In this document: positions 14,382 through 27,671 of the stretch, in pieces | How the letters are laid out: every line of letters begins with the position of its first letter | Numbering within the stretch: position 1 is the stretch's first letter | Assembly (NCBI RefSeq): GCF_006345805.1 | Contig: NC_043004.1 | Coordinates: 32,860,001-32,924,000, forward strand | Direction of reading: 5' to 3' | From: Octopus sinensis | Taxonomy: Eukaryota | DNA length: 64,000 bases | The notes under the pieces: generated by a model | Databases searched by the model: none | The model's input: the letters and a program-made list of their open reading frames with translations, nothing else | Told to the model about the DNA's origin: nothing | Program-made: the position numbers and the translations under genes

Positions 14382-14631
14382 CAGTGATTCTAAGCTAGTT
14401 TTTGCATATGGATCCACTTTGATTCCTATTTCACTTGGATGGATCTTCTGATGTTTTAAAAACTCCAGTTATATTTTTATAAACAAATATTATCGGGAAT
14501 TGTAGGGAAAAAAACTGATAAGATATGTTGTGTAGTGTAGAAGTATTATCAGTCTATTACAGATAATCTTTAATAATAAAATCTTTTATGGACCACCAAG
14601 GATCATAGGGACCCCCAGTTGAGAACCACTA
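14382..14631. mobile_element. hAT (Charlie-like) MITE
   Basis: Termini cagtgattctaagct / agttgagaaccacta; 8-bp TSD atttagat / atttaaat. Confidence 0.65.
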
Positions 14632-14902
14632 ATTTAAATGAACAGTTAACATACCTCGCAAGATTTTCTCCATATTCTATCAGTAAAAATTAAACGGGTT
14701 GCAAAAAAAATTTAAACGTAATCCATAAACATTACCGCCAAGAATATGAAAAAATAAAAAAGAAAAAAAAAAAGAAATACAGTTTTTTTTTTTTTACCGA
14801 TGCAACAACAATACGGAAATTATTTTTGTTTACCTTGATTCCTTCTCGTACACTTTATTATATTTGAAGTCTAAAAAATATTCAATTTTACGCACGTTTT
14901 AG

Positions 14903-15065
14903 GTCTTTATGATCGGACTTTGGCACTAAAACGAAAAAATCCTAAACTGAAAATTCTTCTGGCTGTCGGTGGTTGGAATATAGGTTCTCAGCCCTTTTTG
15001 CCAATGATATCCAATCGATTTAACCGTTATGCGTGGGTAAGAAACGTGGTTAGATATCTGCGACG
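14903..15065 (+). CDS. Chitinase exon 3: LYDRTLALKRKNPKLKILLAVGGWNIGSQPFLPMISNRFNRYAWVRNVVRYLR(R)
   Basis: Acceptor cgttttag, donor CG|GTAAGT, and the K..NP.LK.LLAVGGW motif. Confidence 0.95.
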
Positions 15066-15282
15066 GTAAGTTTAGATGAATATTTCTTTTTAACTATTCT
15101 TTAAAATTTTGTTGTGTCTGAGGTGAATCATATTGTCTTAATGCCTTATTATCTAACACACTCACCGGTTCGATTTCCACTCATTTACTATTTATACTTT
15201 TTAAAATATTTTTTGTATTTGTATTTTTTACATATTTCTATTTATGTTTTTTTAAATGTTTAAAAATATTTCTTATATATAT

Positions 15283-15316
<34 letters not shown>

Positions 15317-16038
15317 GATATACACACCTACATACATATATATGTATGTATGTATGTATGTGTGTGTGTGTGTTTTTTTAATAATTTTAATATTTTTCTT
15401 TAAAAAAAAATTTTTGAAATTACTCAACATTGAAAAACAATTAAGGTTTCTTCTACTAATCAGAAGGCCTCATATTTAAGCCGAAACATGGCTGCAAAAG
15501 TGAATCATAATATACCTGTCACAAACTAATAACATCGTAATGAGGGTCAAACAGTCTTAATCGATAATTAAAAATGCGTGACCCACCGAGAGGATGAGAA
15601 ATTCTAAGGAGTTCAATTCACCGAACAAAATATTGATGTCGGAGCATCCATTCAGTAATTAATATGAATCAATATGTACAGTAATAGAGGATTAGAAAGA
15701 ATTAAGTTCCTATAAGTCGAATCAGGTAACTAAATTACATGAACTCGGCTCTGGTAAGCTGCAGTGCCGTTGTGCTCAGTTTGTTTCTCGAAACTTACTA
15801 AAAACATTGGAAAAAAAGTTACGAATAATTTTAAATGCATTTTCAAATATACCAACAAATCAAATGCACACACACACAGATACACACAGCAGAAAATTCG
15901 AGGTCACTTGCAACGTTTTCTTGTAAAAGTTGATAAATAAAAACCCTACTAAAGTGTACTGAGAAATTATTCGGTTAAATGTTAACTTGCTTTTAGATAT
16001 ATTTGACAGACTGACAAATATATACATACATATATACA

Positions 16039-16070
<32 letters not shown>

Positions 16071-16115
16071 CTATATTATATATATATATATATATACATA
16101 TACAACATATATACA

Positions 16116-16293
16116 TAGGCACAGGAGAGGCAGTGTGGTAAGAAGCTTGCTTACCAACCACATGGGTTTGTATTCAGTCCCACTGCGTGGCATCTTGGGC
16201 AATGTCTTCCACTATAGCTTCGGGCCGACCAAAGCCTTGTGAGTGGATTTGGTAGACGAAACTCAAAGAACCTGTCGTATATATGTATGTATG

Positions 16294-16362
<69 letters not shown>

Positions 16363-16363
16363 G

Positions 16364-16401
<38 letters not shown>

Positions 16402-16720
16402 ATTGTGTGTTTTGTGTTGTGTGTGGTGTGCGTGTGTGTGTGCGTGTTGTGTGTGTGTGTGTTGTGTGTGGTGTGTGTGTGTGCGCGCGTGTTGTATGTT
16501 TGTGTGTGTGTGTGTTTGTGTCTGTTTTGTCCTTGTCCCTCTAGCATTGCTTGACACCGATGCTGGTGTGTTTATGTCCCCGTAACTTAGCGGTTCGGCA
16601 AAAGAGACCGATAGAATAAGTACTGGGCTTACAAAGAATAAGTCTCGGGGTCGATTTGGTCGACTAAAGGCGGGGCTCCAGCATGACCGCAGTCAAATGA
16701 CTGAAACAAGTAAAAGAGTA
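16116..16720 (+). mobile_element. SINE family A, full length
   Basis: Complete head, core, internal microsatellite and tail. Confidence 0.9.
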
Positions 16721-17474
16721 AGATATGTGCCACCGTATTTTGTGCCATCGACTAGGCTCATATCTGGATATCTCATGATGGTCAAGTGTCTCAAAGCCGA
16801 GCCACATTTATGACACCCGTTTAAAGTCTTTAGCTATGAAACAACGATTCATAAGTAGGGAGTTGTTTTTTTACTCTTTGGAACGTTTTCCGGCCTCTTC
16901 CGTCATTGCCTTTACGGCTCTTCTCTCAGAATTTATATAGCAACAAATCAGACTGAAAAACATAAACTCCCTGAGCCTGCTTATTGCTATCTGTCCCATT
17001 CTCCTCCCCTTACGTGCAAGCTTCCTTCTGGTTTCCTTTGTCGGCCCCTCTCTCTCTCTCAAACCATATTTATTATATAAAGAGATATAATATAAACAAC
17101 AGCGGGGTTTATGAAACTTAGTGTAAACACGATGCAATACACAGACATACACGGACAATGTTCAGTCGTAGCAAAATAACGAAAAAAAAAGTAGAAAAAT
17201 AATAAATAAATACACAGACATGAATGTAATTACATTGAAATGTCAGAGATTATTTATTCAATTATTTTCGATATAATTTTAAATAATTCAAAGCTAACTG
17301 TTCGTTTAATCAGAAGAAAATGACATATACACGCACGTGCACACACACACGCACACACATATGCGAGCGCACCCATACGTTCATGGACAGGATGCCATCT
17401 TAGATCTACAGTGACGTGACGTTATTGTGAACTCTAATTAATGTTCCTTCCTGTGTGAGTCTTGCGCAGTCTCA

Positions 17475-17546
17475 TTCAGTTTTATATAATTTCTATATAT
17501 ATATATATATATATATAATTTATATTATATATTTATATAATTTCTA

Positions 17547-17628
<82 letters not shown>

Positions 17629-17826
17629 ATTATATATATATATGTATGTATATATAATTTCTATTATATATATATTATATAATATATATAATATATATAT
17701 ATTTCAATTATATATATATGTTATATATATATATTATATAAATATATATATATATTTCAATTATATATATATGTTATATATATATTATATAAATATATAT
17801 TATATATTATATATATATATATATAT
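17475..17826. repeat. Imperfect (TA)n array, ~350 bp
   Basis: Almost pure A/T dinucleotide repeat. Confidence 0.95.
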
Positions 17827-17829
17827 ATG

Positions 17830-17983
17830 TTTTTTTTTTACCCACAAGGGGCTAAACATAGAGGGGACAAACAAGGACAGACAAACGAATTAAGTCGATT
17901 ACATCGACCCCCAGTGCGTAACTGGCACTTAATTTATCGACCCCGAAAGGATGAAAGGCAAAGTCGACCTCGGCGGAATTTGA
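17830..17983 (-). mobile_element. tRNA-derived SINE family B (5'-truncated, tail type 1)
   Basis: Reverse complement of gtcgactttgcctttcatcctttcggggtcgataaattaag...gccccttgtggg. Confidence 0.85.
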
Positions 17984-18680
17984 TACATATCGAGTCGAAT
18001 TTGTTTTATATGTATACATGTATATATATTGTATGTATATATAAGTATGTGTATAAATTTGTATGTACATGTACGTACGCATTTTTCTTAAGCAAGAATT
18101 TTATTGACAGTGACTTCGAAGTTTAGGCCAGTTTCGGACTGCCCGACGATGGCTCAGGTGACCGAAACTTCCATGTCATTCTCAATAGTGTTATTGTTAA
18201 AGAACATGTTTGGACTCTGCAAAAGCAAAAAGTAACCCATCAGATTTATGTAAAATTGTTTTTGTTACAACTGAACAATAACACACGCATATGCGCCAGC
18301 ACACACACACACAACCAACCTGTTTACTCCTAGCCATAACAAAGGTGGTTGCGTCATGTTGCCCTACGTTCTATTTTGTGAGAAATTCTGTTAAATTTTC
18401 TCTTCATTCACCTCAAGAAATCGATCTTTTGCATGATATTTCTCAAGGAAGAACACGTCTGAAACAGCTGTAGTGATCCGCAACCCAGCTGTATTATTAT
18501 GTATATGTTAGACTTTTCTCAAGTTTAAAATGTGACATCGTTTTAGTTATCTACGTTCCAAAGATGGAGCTTTGTATCTTTGTTAGAAACCAACTCCTTC
18601 GTCAGAGGAAGAATTTGAATAATTAAGTACAGAAGAGGCATACATACGTGCATACATACATACATACATACATACATACA

Positions 18681-18712
<32 letters not shown>

Positions 18713-18724
18713 CACATAGTGGAA

Positions 18725-19130
18725 TTTACAGAAAAACAAAAGACGAAGACAGGTGTGTAAACAACAAACATGTGTATTAGTTTAACCATCGGGAATGTGA
18801 GAAAGTATTTTACGTTTCGAGTCTACACTCTTCAACAGAAAGGAACACGAGAAAATAAACAGTGAGAGAATAAAAAATGCTTTAGTAGCTGACGGTCAAC
18901 CATGGCGATGGCCGGAAGAGGTAGTCTGACAGGAGAGCTAGAAAGAAGGGTACATATATGGGTACAGGACACCAAAATAACAAAAAAAAAAACCTAGAAC
19001 ACAACAAGAAACGAAAACATAAAAGCAAAAACATGGAAACGGACTTTTTCAATCAACGAAAAAACAGAGTACAAGACATACAACACAAGGAACATTCCCC
19101 TTCTTCAGCTGCCCCTGCTTCGACTACTCC
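18725..19130 (-). mobile_element. Penelope-like terminal repeat fragments (related to 2290-2520 and 23070-23230)
   Basis: gaagagtgtagactcgaaacgt and ctgaagaagggg motifs on -. Confidence 0.55.
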
Positions 19131-19452
19131 GTACACACATACGCACATACATACATACATACATACAAACGTAAATGTAGTGTTTGAAAGCTGTATGAAT
19201 ATAAATGAAGCCGTTCAAAAATGAATCACAACCTCAACTCTTCTGAAGCCATACCAGTACACAGTATCACAACTAAAATATTTATAGATGGCACAACGTT
19301 TTATATGAGATTCGTGACTCCGTTGTTAGTCATTGCATTGTTTTTAAATTTCGTAAAACATTTTGAGCTGAGAAATAAAAGAAATTTTAACTACAATTCA
19401 AGGCGAAGTCGTAATAAAATGAAAGCAGTACAAAGTTATATTTTCCTTAAAG

Positions 19453-19546
19453 GTATGGCTTTGATGGGTTCGATATGGACTGGGAATTTCCAGGTACTCG
19501 AGGGAGTCCACCCGGCGATAAGTATAGGTTCACCCAATTAATGAAG
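19453..19546 (+). CDS. Chitinase exon 4 (catalytic): [31 protein letters not shown]
   Basis: Acceptor ttttccttaaag (an in-frame TAA just upstream fixes the boundary), donor AAG|GTAAGA, intact DxxDxDxE motif. Confidence 0.96.
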
Positions 19547-19575
19547 GTAAGAACGACGTTTTTATGATTGATAGG

Positions 19576-19593
19576 GTACTACTACTATTACTA

Positions 19594-19628
<35 letters not shown>

Positions 19629-19647
19629 TCTACTGCTACTGCTGCTT

Positions 19648-19679
<32 letters not shown>

Positions 19680-19812
19680 GCTACTACTGCTACTACTACT
19701 ACTACTACTGCTACTACTGCTGCTGCTGCTGCTGCTACTGCTGCAGTTATCGCTGCGACAACAATGACGACGACGGCAACCACCATTACTATACCACCAC
19801 CACTCTCCCCGT

Positions 19813-19848
<36 letters not shown>

Positions 19849-19955
19849 AACAGCAACAACAACAACTACTACTATTAACACCACCACCACCACCACTACA
19901 CCCGTCAGCTCCACCACTACTATAGTAGTAGCAGTAGTAGTAGTAGTAGCAGTAT
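19576..19955. repeat. Compound trinucleotide array (TAC/TGC/ACC/ACA, then TAG)
   Basis: Visible directly; it explains the homopolymeric ORFs 19562-19984. Confidence 0.95.
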
Positions 19956-20254
19956 CGTACCTAATTATCAAAATGCCATTTTAATAAAATAAAGTTAATT
20001 ATACAAAGCTTCTTATTTTCATATTTTCATCTTGAAATTAAAAACGCTTTCATCCATGATTTAATGTTTAAGATCCTTTGCTCAGTTATAATCCAAATCA
20101 TATCAGATTAGTAATTAAAATAATTAAATATTTTACTAAATTACTCCAAATTCTTAATTGGTGTTAAAATTGATCGAAACTCATGGATATTTCATTGGAA
20201 TATGGATATAAGATCTTTACTGGAATCCAGTACTATATGAAATAATATTTCCAG

Positions 20255-20379
20255 GAACTCTATGAAACATTTGCTGCTGAAGCGCGAAAAACTGGTCGCG
20301 AGAAACTTATACTGACTTTGGCTACGGCATCAGGATCGTTTTTCATAGGTAAAGCTTATGAACCCCGAAAAGTCATAAA
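20255..20379 (+). CDS. Chitinase exon 5: ELYETFAAEARKTGREKLILTLATASGSFFIGKAYEPRKVI(N)
   Basis: Acceptor atttccag, donor AA|GTAAGT; resembles the GH18 'F..EA..TG..RLLLT.A' segment. Confidence 0.93.
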
Positions 20380-20449
20380 GTAAGTTATCTATATTTCGTT
20401 TTTGAATTTGGTTTGCAAGATTCTTTACATGAGTTCGTGTGTTGAAGCA

Positions 20450-20732
20450 TATTCTGTTGTGTCTGGGGAGAGTCATTTTCTTTTTGTGCCTTATAATATA
20501 ACACACTCACCGGTAAAATTGTCACTTTTTTTCTTATTTATTTTCCTAAAATTTTCGTTGCGTCTTCCAACCTTTTCAATAGTTTTGAGAGTCAAAACTA
20601 TTGAAAAGGTTGCAAGACGCAATGAAAATTTTAGGGAAATAAATAAGAAAAAGAAAGTGGAAATTTTACCGGTGAGTGTGTTATATTATAAGGCACAAAA
20701 AGAAAATGACTCTCCCTAGACACAACAGAATA
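20450..20732. mobile_element. 283-bp near-perfect palindromic MITE with TA ends
   Basis: Arms 20450-20588 and 20592-20732 are about 93% complementary with a 3-nt loop (gag). A degenerate half copy lies at ~15108-15200 and an end fragment at ~10760-10810. Confidence 0.9.
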
Positions 20733-21568
20733 AGTCATTTATTTTCTTCGCCTAATCAAAATAACTGTTTTAAACCTTAATTTTTCGCTTAATTTTTCTC
20801 TCTCGATTAGTCGTTTCTTGCAATTTTCTAAAGGATTTGAACTGAAAAATATGAGTGTGGACTCATAGACTTGTATTTTGATAGAAACACGTTGGGTTTA
20901 TTTATAGTCAATTTGTCAAATAATAAACTCACAATCTCTGGATTATTGTTTTTCTTTTATTTCTGTTCGCTGCTAAACATCGGATTGCCATGGGCTGTTC
21001 CAGGTATCCTGGAAGAAGAGTTTGTTAGCCTAGATTCTTGGAGAAGGAAATTTTGCGAGAGCTCTCCTATGATCCTTCTGAAATCGCAACGTAGCCAATT
21101 ACAGAAGAGAGGGAGAAAGAGAGGGAGAACGAGACAGAGAGAGAAAGAGAGAAAGAGTGGGAGAAAGAGAGAAGAATCTTTATAAAGTACAACTTATGTA
21201 TTCTAGTAGTTGACTGGTATTATATTCAACCTCAGAAATATCAAAGTGGGCCTGTGTCGAACGACTGCTGTCACGTGTGGGACGAATTCGGTTATCAGCC
21301 GAGTTTATCGTGAAAATGCTCTCATGTTTTTGCCCCGTCCAAAGTTACCAAGCTTTTCTTTCCACGGATAAACCTAATCTGTTTTTTTACATTTTTACTC
21401 TGTTCTGTGAAACACGATCTCCTTCGATCGGATTTTTTTTACATTATCCCTTTTGATTGGAATTTCCCCCCTTCTTTTTCGAAAAGAAAAGCTCAACATT
21501 GTATTTTTCCCCTCTGTGTTCGGCCCTGTGTGTCTAATAAAGATATCTATCTATCTATCTAGCTACAC

Positions 21569-21640
<72 letters not shown>

Positions 21641-22611
21641 CTTTGTCTGTCTACCTTTCCGACAGTTTGCCTGTCTGTCATATATGAAAGTAAACACCTC
21701 CAGTATATTTTCCCTTGTTCCATTACATGAAGTCGATTGTATACAGTGACGTCCTCGAGATATTATTTTTATAGGATCTTTGATTTACTTTAAAGTTGAT
21801 TTGTTTTTTTTTACGAGCCGTAATGAACGGCAAAGACAAACAAATATAAACCTGACAGCGAATGACTACGACGCGATTTCAAACCTCGCCTGAAGCTATG
21901 ACCCACCAATACTAAGGTTTTTTTTTATAATTTCCTTCCGAAAACGGCATGAACTTCACAAATTCTCAGCTCCTTTGTAAATAGAGAGAACTTTTGTGTT
22001 TATTCAGAAAACCAATACATACGTTGTAGTAGTTGGATTGTACGAATATCAATTTTATATCCAGACAGCCCAGCAACAAGGTTATCTAAGTGCTTATTAT
22101 CAATCAATTTTAGAGTGTTTGTGTTCAGTAATTTACTTTCAAATTAATTCAAAGTGTGAGTGATATCGAATAAATCAGTTTATTTCTTTACTCAGATGTT
22201 ATTTCATATTTACACGGCTAAATACTTTTATCTCTGAGCAAAATTTCTTTTGATTCGGAAAATGTAGTCGGCGTATTCGTTGCCGGTGAAAATGTTCCCG
22301 GTGTTATTGCAGTTGTAAACAGTTTTATGACTACACACACACAGAGTTAATGTGTATATATACAAGTGAAATAAAGGGAGCTCTCAACATATCGTGTAGA
22401 GTATAGTGTATATCTTTATAAATGGATGGTTGGTGAATCAAACGTTGATTACTCGCACTTTCATAAGCAGAAAATCACTTGGGAAATTATTCATATTTTT
22501 TTTTGCCTTGAGTCAAGTTGTATAGGGGCATATGACTTGCTTGAATGACGTATGCCCCTACGTTGTTATCTCTCTCTCTCTCTCTCTCTGCATATATATA
22601 TATATATACAT

Positions 22612-22962
22612 GTCCCACTGCGTGGCACCTTGCGCAAGTGTCTTCTACTATAGCCTCAGACCGACCAAAGCCTTGTGAGTGGATTTGGTAGACGGAAACT
22701 GAAAGAAGTCCGTCGTATATATGTATACAAATATATGTATGTGCGTGTATATGTTTGTGTGTCTTTTTTTCCCACCAACATCGCTTGACAACCGATGCTG
22801 GTGTGTTTACGTCCCCGTAACTTAGCGATTCAGCAAAAGTAACCGATAAAATAAGTACTAGGCTGACAAAGAATAAGTCCTGGGGTCGATTTGGTCGACT
22901 AAAGGCAGGACTCCAGCATGGACACGGTCAAATGACTGAAATATGTAAAAGAGTAAAAGAAT
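22612..22962 (+). mobile_element. SINE family A (head truncated)
   Basis: Core and tail match family A. Confidence 0.88.
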
Positions 22963-23069
22963 ATATATAAAACTTACTTGGAAGAGGATGCGAGGCGTTC
23001 AATCATATAATCCCAAATGTTATTTAATTTGCTTTGCGGAAGCAACTGTTTTATCGAAAGCGTATACTG

Positions 23070-23230
23070 TTGTTAAATGCTCGAAATACGAGAGTAGAAA
23101 AACAGCCAACAACTGATGAAGGGTCGTTCTTTATGTTGTTTGTCTTGCTTTCCATTTTTGTCTTTCGTTGTTCGAAAACTTAGCTCATATTCCATGTACT
23201 CATACTTCGTATTTTTTGTTGTACACGTTT
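23070..23230 (+). mobile_element. Penelope-like terminal fragment
   Basis: gctcgaaa...ctgatgaaggg..ttctttatgttg; reverse-complement similarity to 18960-19130. Confidence 0.5.
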
Positions 23231-23265
23231 TGTGACGTCTTATGCCCACATATGCATATATATAT

Positions 23266-23310
<45 letters not shown>

Positions 23311-23423
23311 GTATAGCTGTTAGTATGTACATATACATAAGTATATATGCATATACATATATATGCATATATATATGTATATATATATACATACATACAT
23401 ACACGCACACATACATACATACA

Positions 23424-23485
<62 letters not shown>

Positions 23486-23720
23486 CAGGGTGTGTCAAAA
23501 GTCATCCGACAGTAAATCAAAATTCCATAAATACTATCTGTAATTCTGTACTGACTCGAATGGAAAAAAATGTGTCACTCAAGAAGGATTCCAATTTGAA
23601 CAATTTTCATGATGTTTCATATTTAGATGCTTTAATTAAATTCATTCACTTGTTAAACATGAATAAATCTTGGAATTGTACGGCTTTGATTTATTGTCTG
23701 GTGACATTTGGCCAACCCTG
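23486..23720. mobile_element. Tc1/mariner-type MITE
   Basis: TA|cagggtgtgtcaaaagtca ... tgacatttggccaaccctg|TA. Confidence 0.7.
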
Positions 23721-24221
23721 TATATAATAATAATTATTATTATCTATAATTGGCAGAAATATGAAAGTGACGTAAATGTCGAGAGTTTGGCACTTTATCA
23801 CTTTTGAAAGCGATCGCCGAACCCCTATATACATGCATGCATACATACATACATACATACATACATACATACATACATACATACATACATACATACATAC
23901 ATAGATACATACATATATCAACTGCTATAGAATATACATTATACATTATACATAAATATATATATATACATTACACATATGACGGTATGTATAATGTATT
24001 TTTCATTTATTTATGTTGGGTAATGTCACCACTGATGATCGGAAAGGGTTTTTAATAAGTCATACCGAGAAATCTATAGATTTGGGACTATCCAAATTAT
24101 TTTATAAATCCTCGCTGTCCGTTTCCCTCGCTTACAATCTTGTAATAATCTAAGTCGTTCATAGACCATTTAGGATCTATTCCTAGCAGACTGGTGTTAT
24201 AATCATTCAACACACTTATTA

Positions 24222-24276
<55 letters not shown>

Positions 24277-24281
<5 letters not shown>

Positions 24282-24392
24282 ACGGACTTCTTTCAGTTTC
24301 CGTCAACCAAATCCACTCACAAAGTAATAGTCGACCCGAGGCCAGAGTAGAAGACGCTTGTCCAAGGTGCCAAGCAATGGGATTGAACTCAG
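24277..24392 (-). mobile_element. SINE family A, 5' fragment
   Basis: Reverse complement of head and core. Confidence 0.75.
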
Positions 24393-24579
24393 AGCCACAT
24401 GTGTATGCTCTCGCGCGTATGTTTGTGTGCATCCATGCATAGGCATTCATATATATATGTTTGTATATATTTATACATGTAACACACACAAGCACATACA
24501 TACACACGCACACCTTCCCGAGCATTAAACTAATACACCTGCTTGTTGTCTTCATCTTTGGTTTTTCTGTAAATTTCAA

Positions 24580-24610
<31 letters not shown>

Positions 24611-24637
24611 TAAAGATAAAATATCAAAATAATTTAT

Positions 24638-24904
24638 TACCAGTGATTCGCATGCTTAATAAAAGTCACAGGACATAGAATATTTTTTATAAGAGCCTAT
24701 GAAGATTTATACACTCTTATTTACTCTAATGCCCATTAGTAGCTTGCCTTAAGAATTTCTTTTTTCGTAGTCTGGGTTTAACTGCCCTCTTTAGCATGTA
24801 AAAGACCTGTGAAGGGTCATTTCTCCGTGTATAAATCTTCATACACTCTTATAAAAATTATATCTGTGTCCTATGAATTTTATTAAGCATGCGAACCACT
24901 GGTA
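24638..24904. mobile_element. TA-flanked MITE with ~77-bp TIRs
   Basis: taccagtgattcgcatgcttaataaaa...gaagatttatacac / gtgtataaatcttc...ttttattaagcatgcgaaccactggta. Its internal 53 bp recur at ~25223-25275. Confidence 0.8.
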
Positions 24905-25299
24905 AAAAATTATTTTAATCTTTTACCTTTATATTTATGCAGTAACATTTTCCAATTCTTAGGCTGTATAGTACACAATTTAAATTTATTTACTGCTGTG
25001 CTATTCTGACTATGCTCGTGCACTAAATTTGAATCCAAAGATGGAGCTGTCTTGCACATGTTTGCTTCGTGTTTCCGTTACGCATCACAGCTACATAATT
25101 ATGCATTCTTTAGCGATCCTACTGAAGAGTTACAGCTACCAAATTATTTGGTCATTAATAGCGAAACCTGAGTGTAGGGTTAACTAATTTTTAAATTCAC
25201 TCTAGTACCTATTAACAACGTGCCTTAAGAATTCCTTCTTCCGTGGTTTGGGTTTAACTGCCCTTTTTAGCATGTATGTATGCATGTATGTATGTATGT

Positions 25300-25470
25300 A
25301 TGTATGACTTTGTCACCCACCACTACGTGATAACCTGTATTGGTTTGTTTACGTCCGTGCAACATAACGATTCGGCAAACAAACCGATCGAATAAGTACT
25401 GGTGTTGATTTGCTTGAGTAAGCTCTTCAAGGCAGTACTCCAGTATGGCTGCAGTCCGGTAACTGAAATA
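25300..25470 (+). mobile_element. SINE family A tail, degraded
   Basis: gtttacgtcc..taac..ttcggcaa...ccagtatggctgcagtc..gactgaaa. Confidence 0.6.
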
Positions 25471-25797
25471 AAACACACACACACACACACATACACACAG
25501 AGCTACACAAATACACAAATCTCTGTCTCGCTTGAGGCTGACCCAAGTGCTTTCTACTTGTTGAATATTATTAATAACATTTATAAAATAATCTCAATCT
25601 CTACAGATTTAATCTCTTATCGAACTCATGACCCCAAGAAAAATTAGTGGACGCCACAGATCCATATTAAATGTACTTTTTCGTTTCTTATGATAAAATT
25701 ATAAACAGAGTTTAAAAGAAAAAGGTGGAGAAAGCGGCAGCGGTGATGAAGAAAGAATTTGTTACCAATGTTCTTAATGTAAGAAGTATAGTGTTGT

Positions 25798-25831
<34 letters not shown>

Positions 25832-25956
25832 AGTGATGATGATGATGATGATGATGATGATGGTGATGATGATGTTGATGAGGATGATGAGGATGATGAT
25901 GATGATGATGATGATGAGGATGATGATGATGATGATGAGGATGATGATGATGATGG

Positions 25957-25992
<36 letters not shown>

Positions 25993-26032
25993 GATGATGA
26001 TGATGATGATGATGATGAGGATGATGATGATG

Positions 26033-26089
<57 letters not shown>

Positions 26090-26165
26090 GTGATAGTGAT
26101 GATGATGATGGTGATGATGATGGTGATGATGATGATAATGATGATGATGATGATGATGATAATGA
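25798..26165. repeat. (GAT)n microsatellite, ~370 bp with variant triplets
   Basis: Visible directly; source of the poly-M/H/S/I ORFs. Confidence 0.97.
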
Positions 26166-27671
26166 CGACGACGGTATGGTTACTTCTGTTGTTGGTGTTA
26201 TGTAGTAAATTGATACCATAACTCGGCAACAAGGAAGAAATGTGTTGGGTTTTGATACTTCTAACAACCAGGATGCATTTTTATCGCAAACAATAAATAC
26301 AGTATTAGTAGTAGCTGTAGTATGGGGGCATGCTCAGTAACATCACGTTGTTGCATCCGCCATTTGTTGGTGATTCTCTACTGTTCCTGGTGGATGACAC
26401 CTTTGCTCCATTCAGGAGGTGACAACCCATTAACCAACGAGTCTCTTTGCGTAGTCCGTTGCTGATGAGGGTTTTATAAGGTCGGAGTTAAATTCCACCA
26501 CAACCTCTTTTAGTCACCCCTTTTATATCACGCAGCGTTGGGTCTATTCTTTGACATGCCTCCCACCTCACACAACACAATATAATAAATAAAATATATA
26601 AACATCTCATTCATTGGCATCAAACATAATTCGAAGCAGGTTTCATTCGTTAAATAATAGTCATGTGCAGGCAGTTCTTTGAAAGAGAGAGTGAGAGCAT
26701 ATTTAGTATCGATCTATGGGGCCCAGTAAGTGTTTTGATGGCCGTGTGATAAAAGCTTACATCTGTGAAGACTGAGTTTAATTTAGATGTTATTAATAAC
26801 ACACAGCGAGTGGGATGTTGAGAGACTACATAAAAGTTTCGTCCTTGTTGACGGATGTATGTTGTTCCCATGAAAACAGACGATTATGACTTCGGGTGTG
26901 TCGGCAATGGAAGCTTCTGATTGGCAAAAATTATAACTTTAAAGATTTTGTAACATTTTAATTAATAATTTCTAGAAAAAAATGAATATGATTTTCATCA
27001 TCAGCAGGCAAAACTACACTAATGCAGAAAATTTTTTTAAATAATTAGTAAAAATTTGAAACAATTCCAGTAGTTGGAAAGAATTGAAAAATATCCAGTA
27101 GCTTTATACTAAAAGTGAAAACAAATACGTAAACACACGCACATATTCAACTATACACATATGTATGCACGCACACCAATACGTGCGTACATACATGCAC
27201 TGAGTACGCGCATACACACATACATGTGTGTGTATGCGTGTGTGTGTACTCAAAGAGCATTCTGCTGTTCATTCAACTGAACGCCCCCCTCCTCGTACAG
27301 ATACGTGGAGCGATAGCGTCAACCGCAGACCGGCGCACCTTCAGCGCGGTTCCCAGAGGGAACCAGTTTGGCACTGTGTAATATGACAGGTGTACTGTTA
27401 CAATAATGAAGTGATGAGAGGGTATTGACGGAGCGTAGTGTGTAGTCCCCGAGTAGTATAGCGTGGCAATGATAGAAAACCTACAATGTAGCGAAGGAGA
27501 GTATTTTTATAGCGTAGCAATGAAAGGAAGCAGCCTTGGTGCATTGTAACGTTGCCGTGTAGTTTAGAGTCGTTGCGTTGCAGTGTAGAGCAGTAATAAG
27601 GCAGAATAGCGTTGTAGAAACTTAGTGTAACACCGTTGTGTAGATGTTCGGGTAACAATGAAATAACAACG

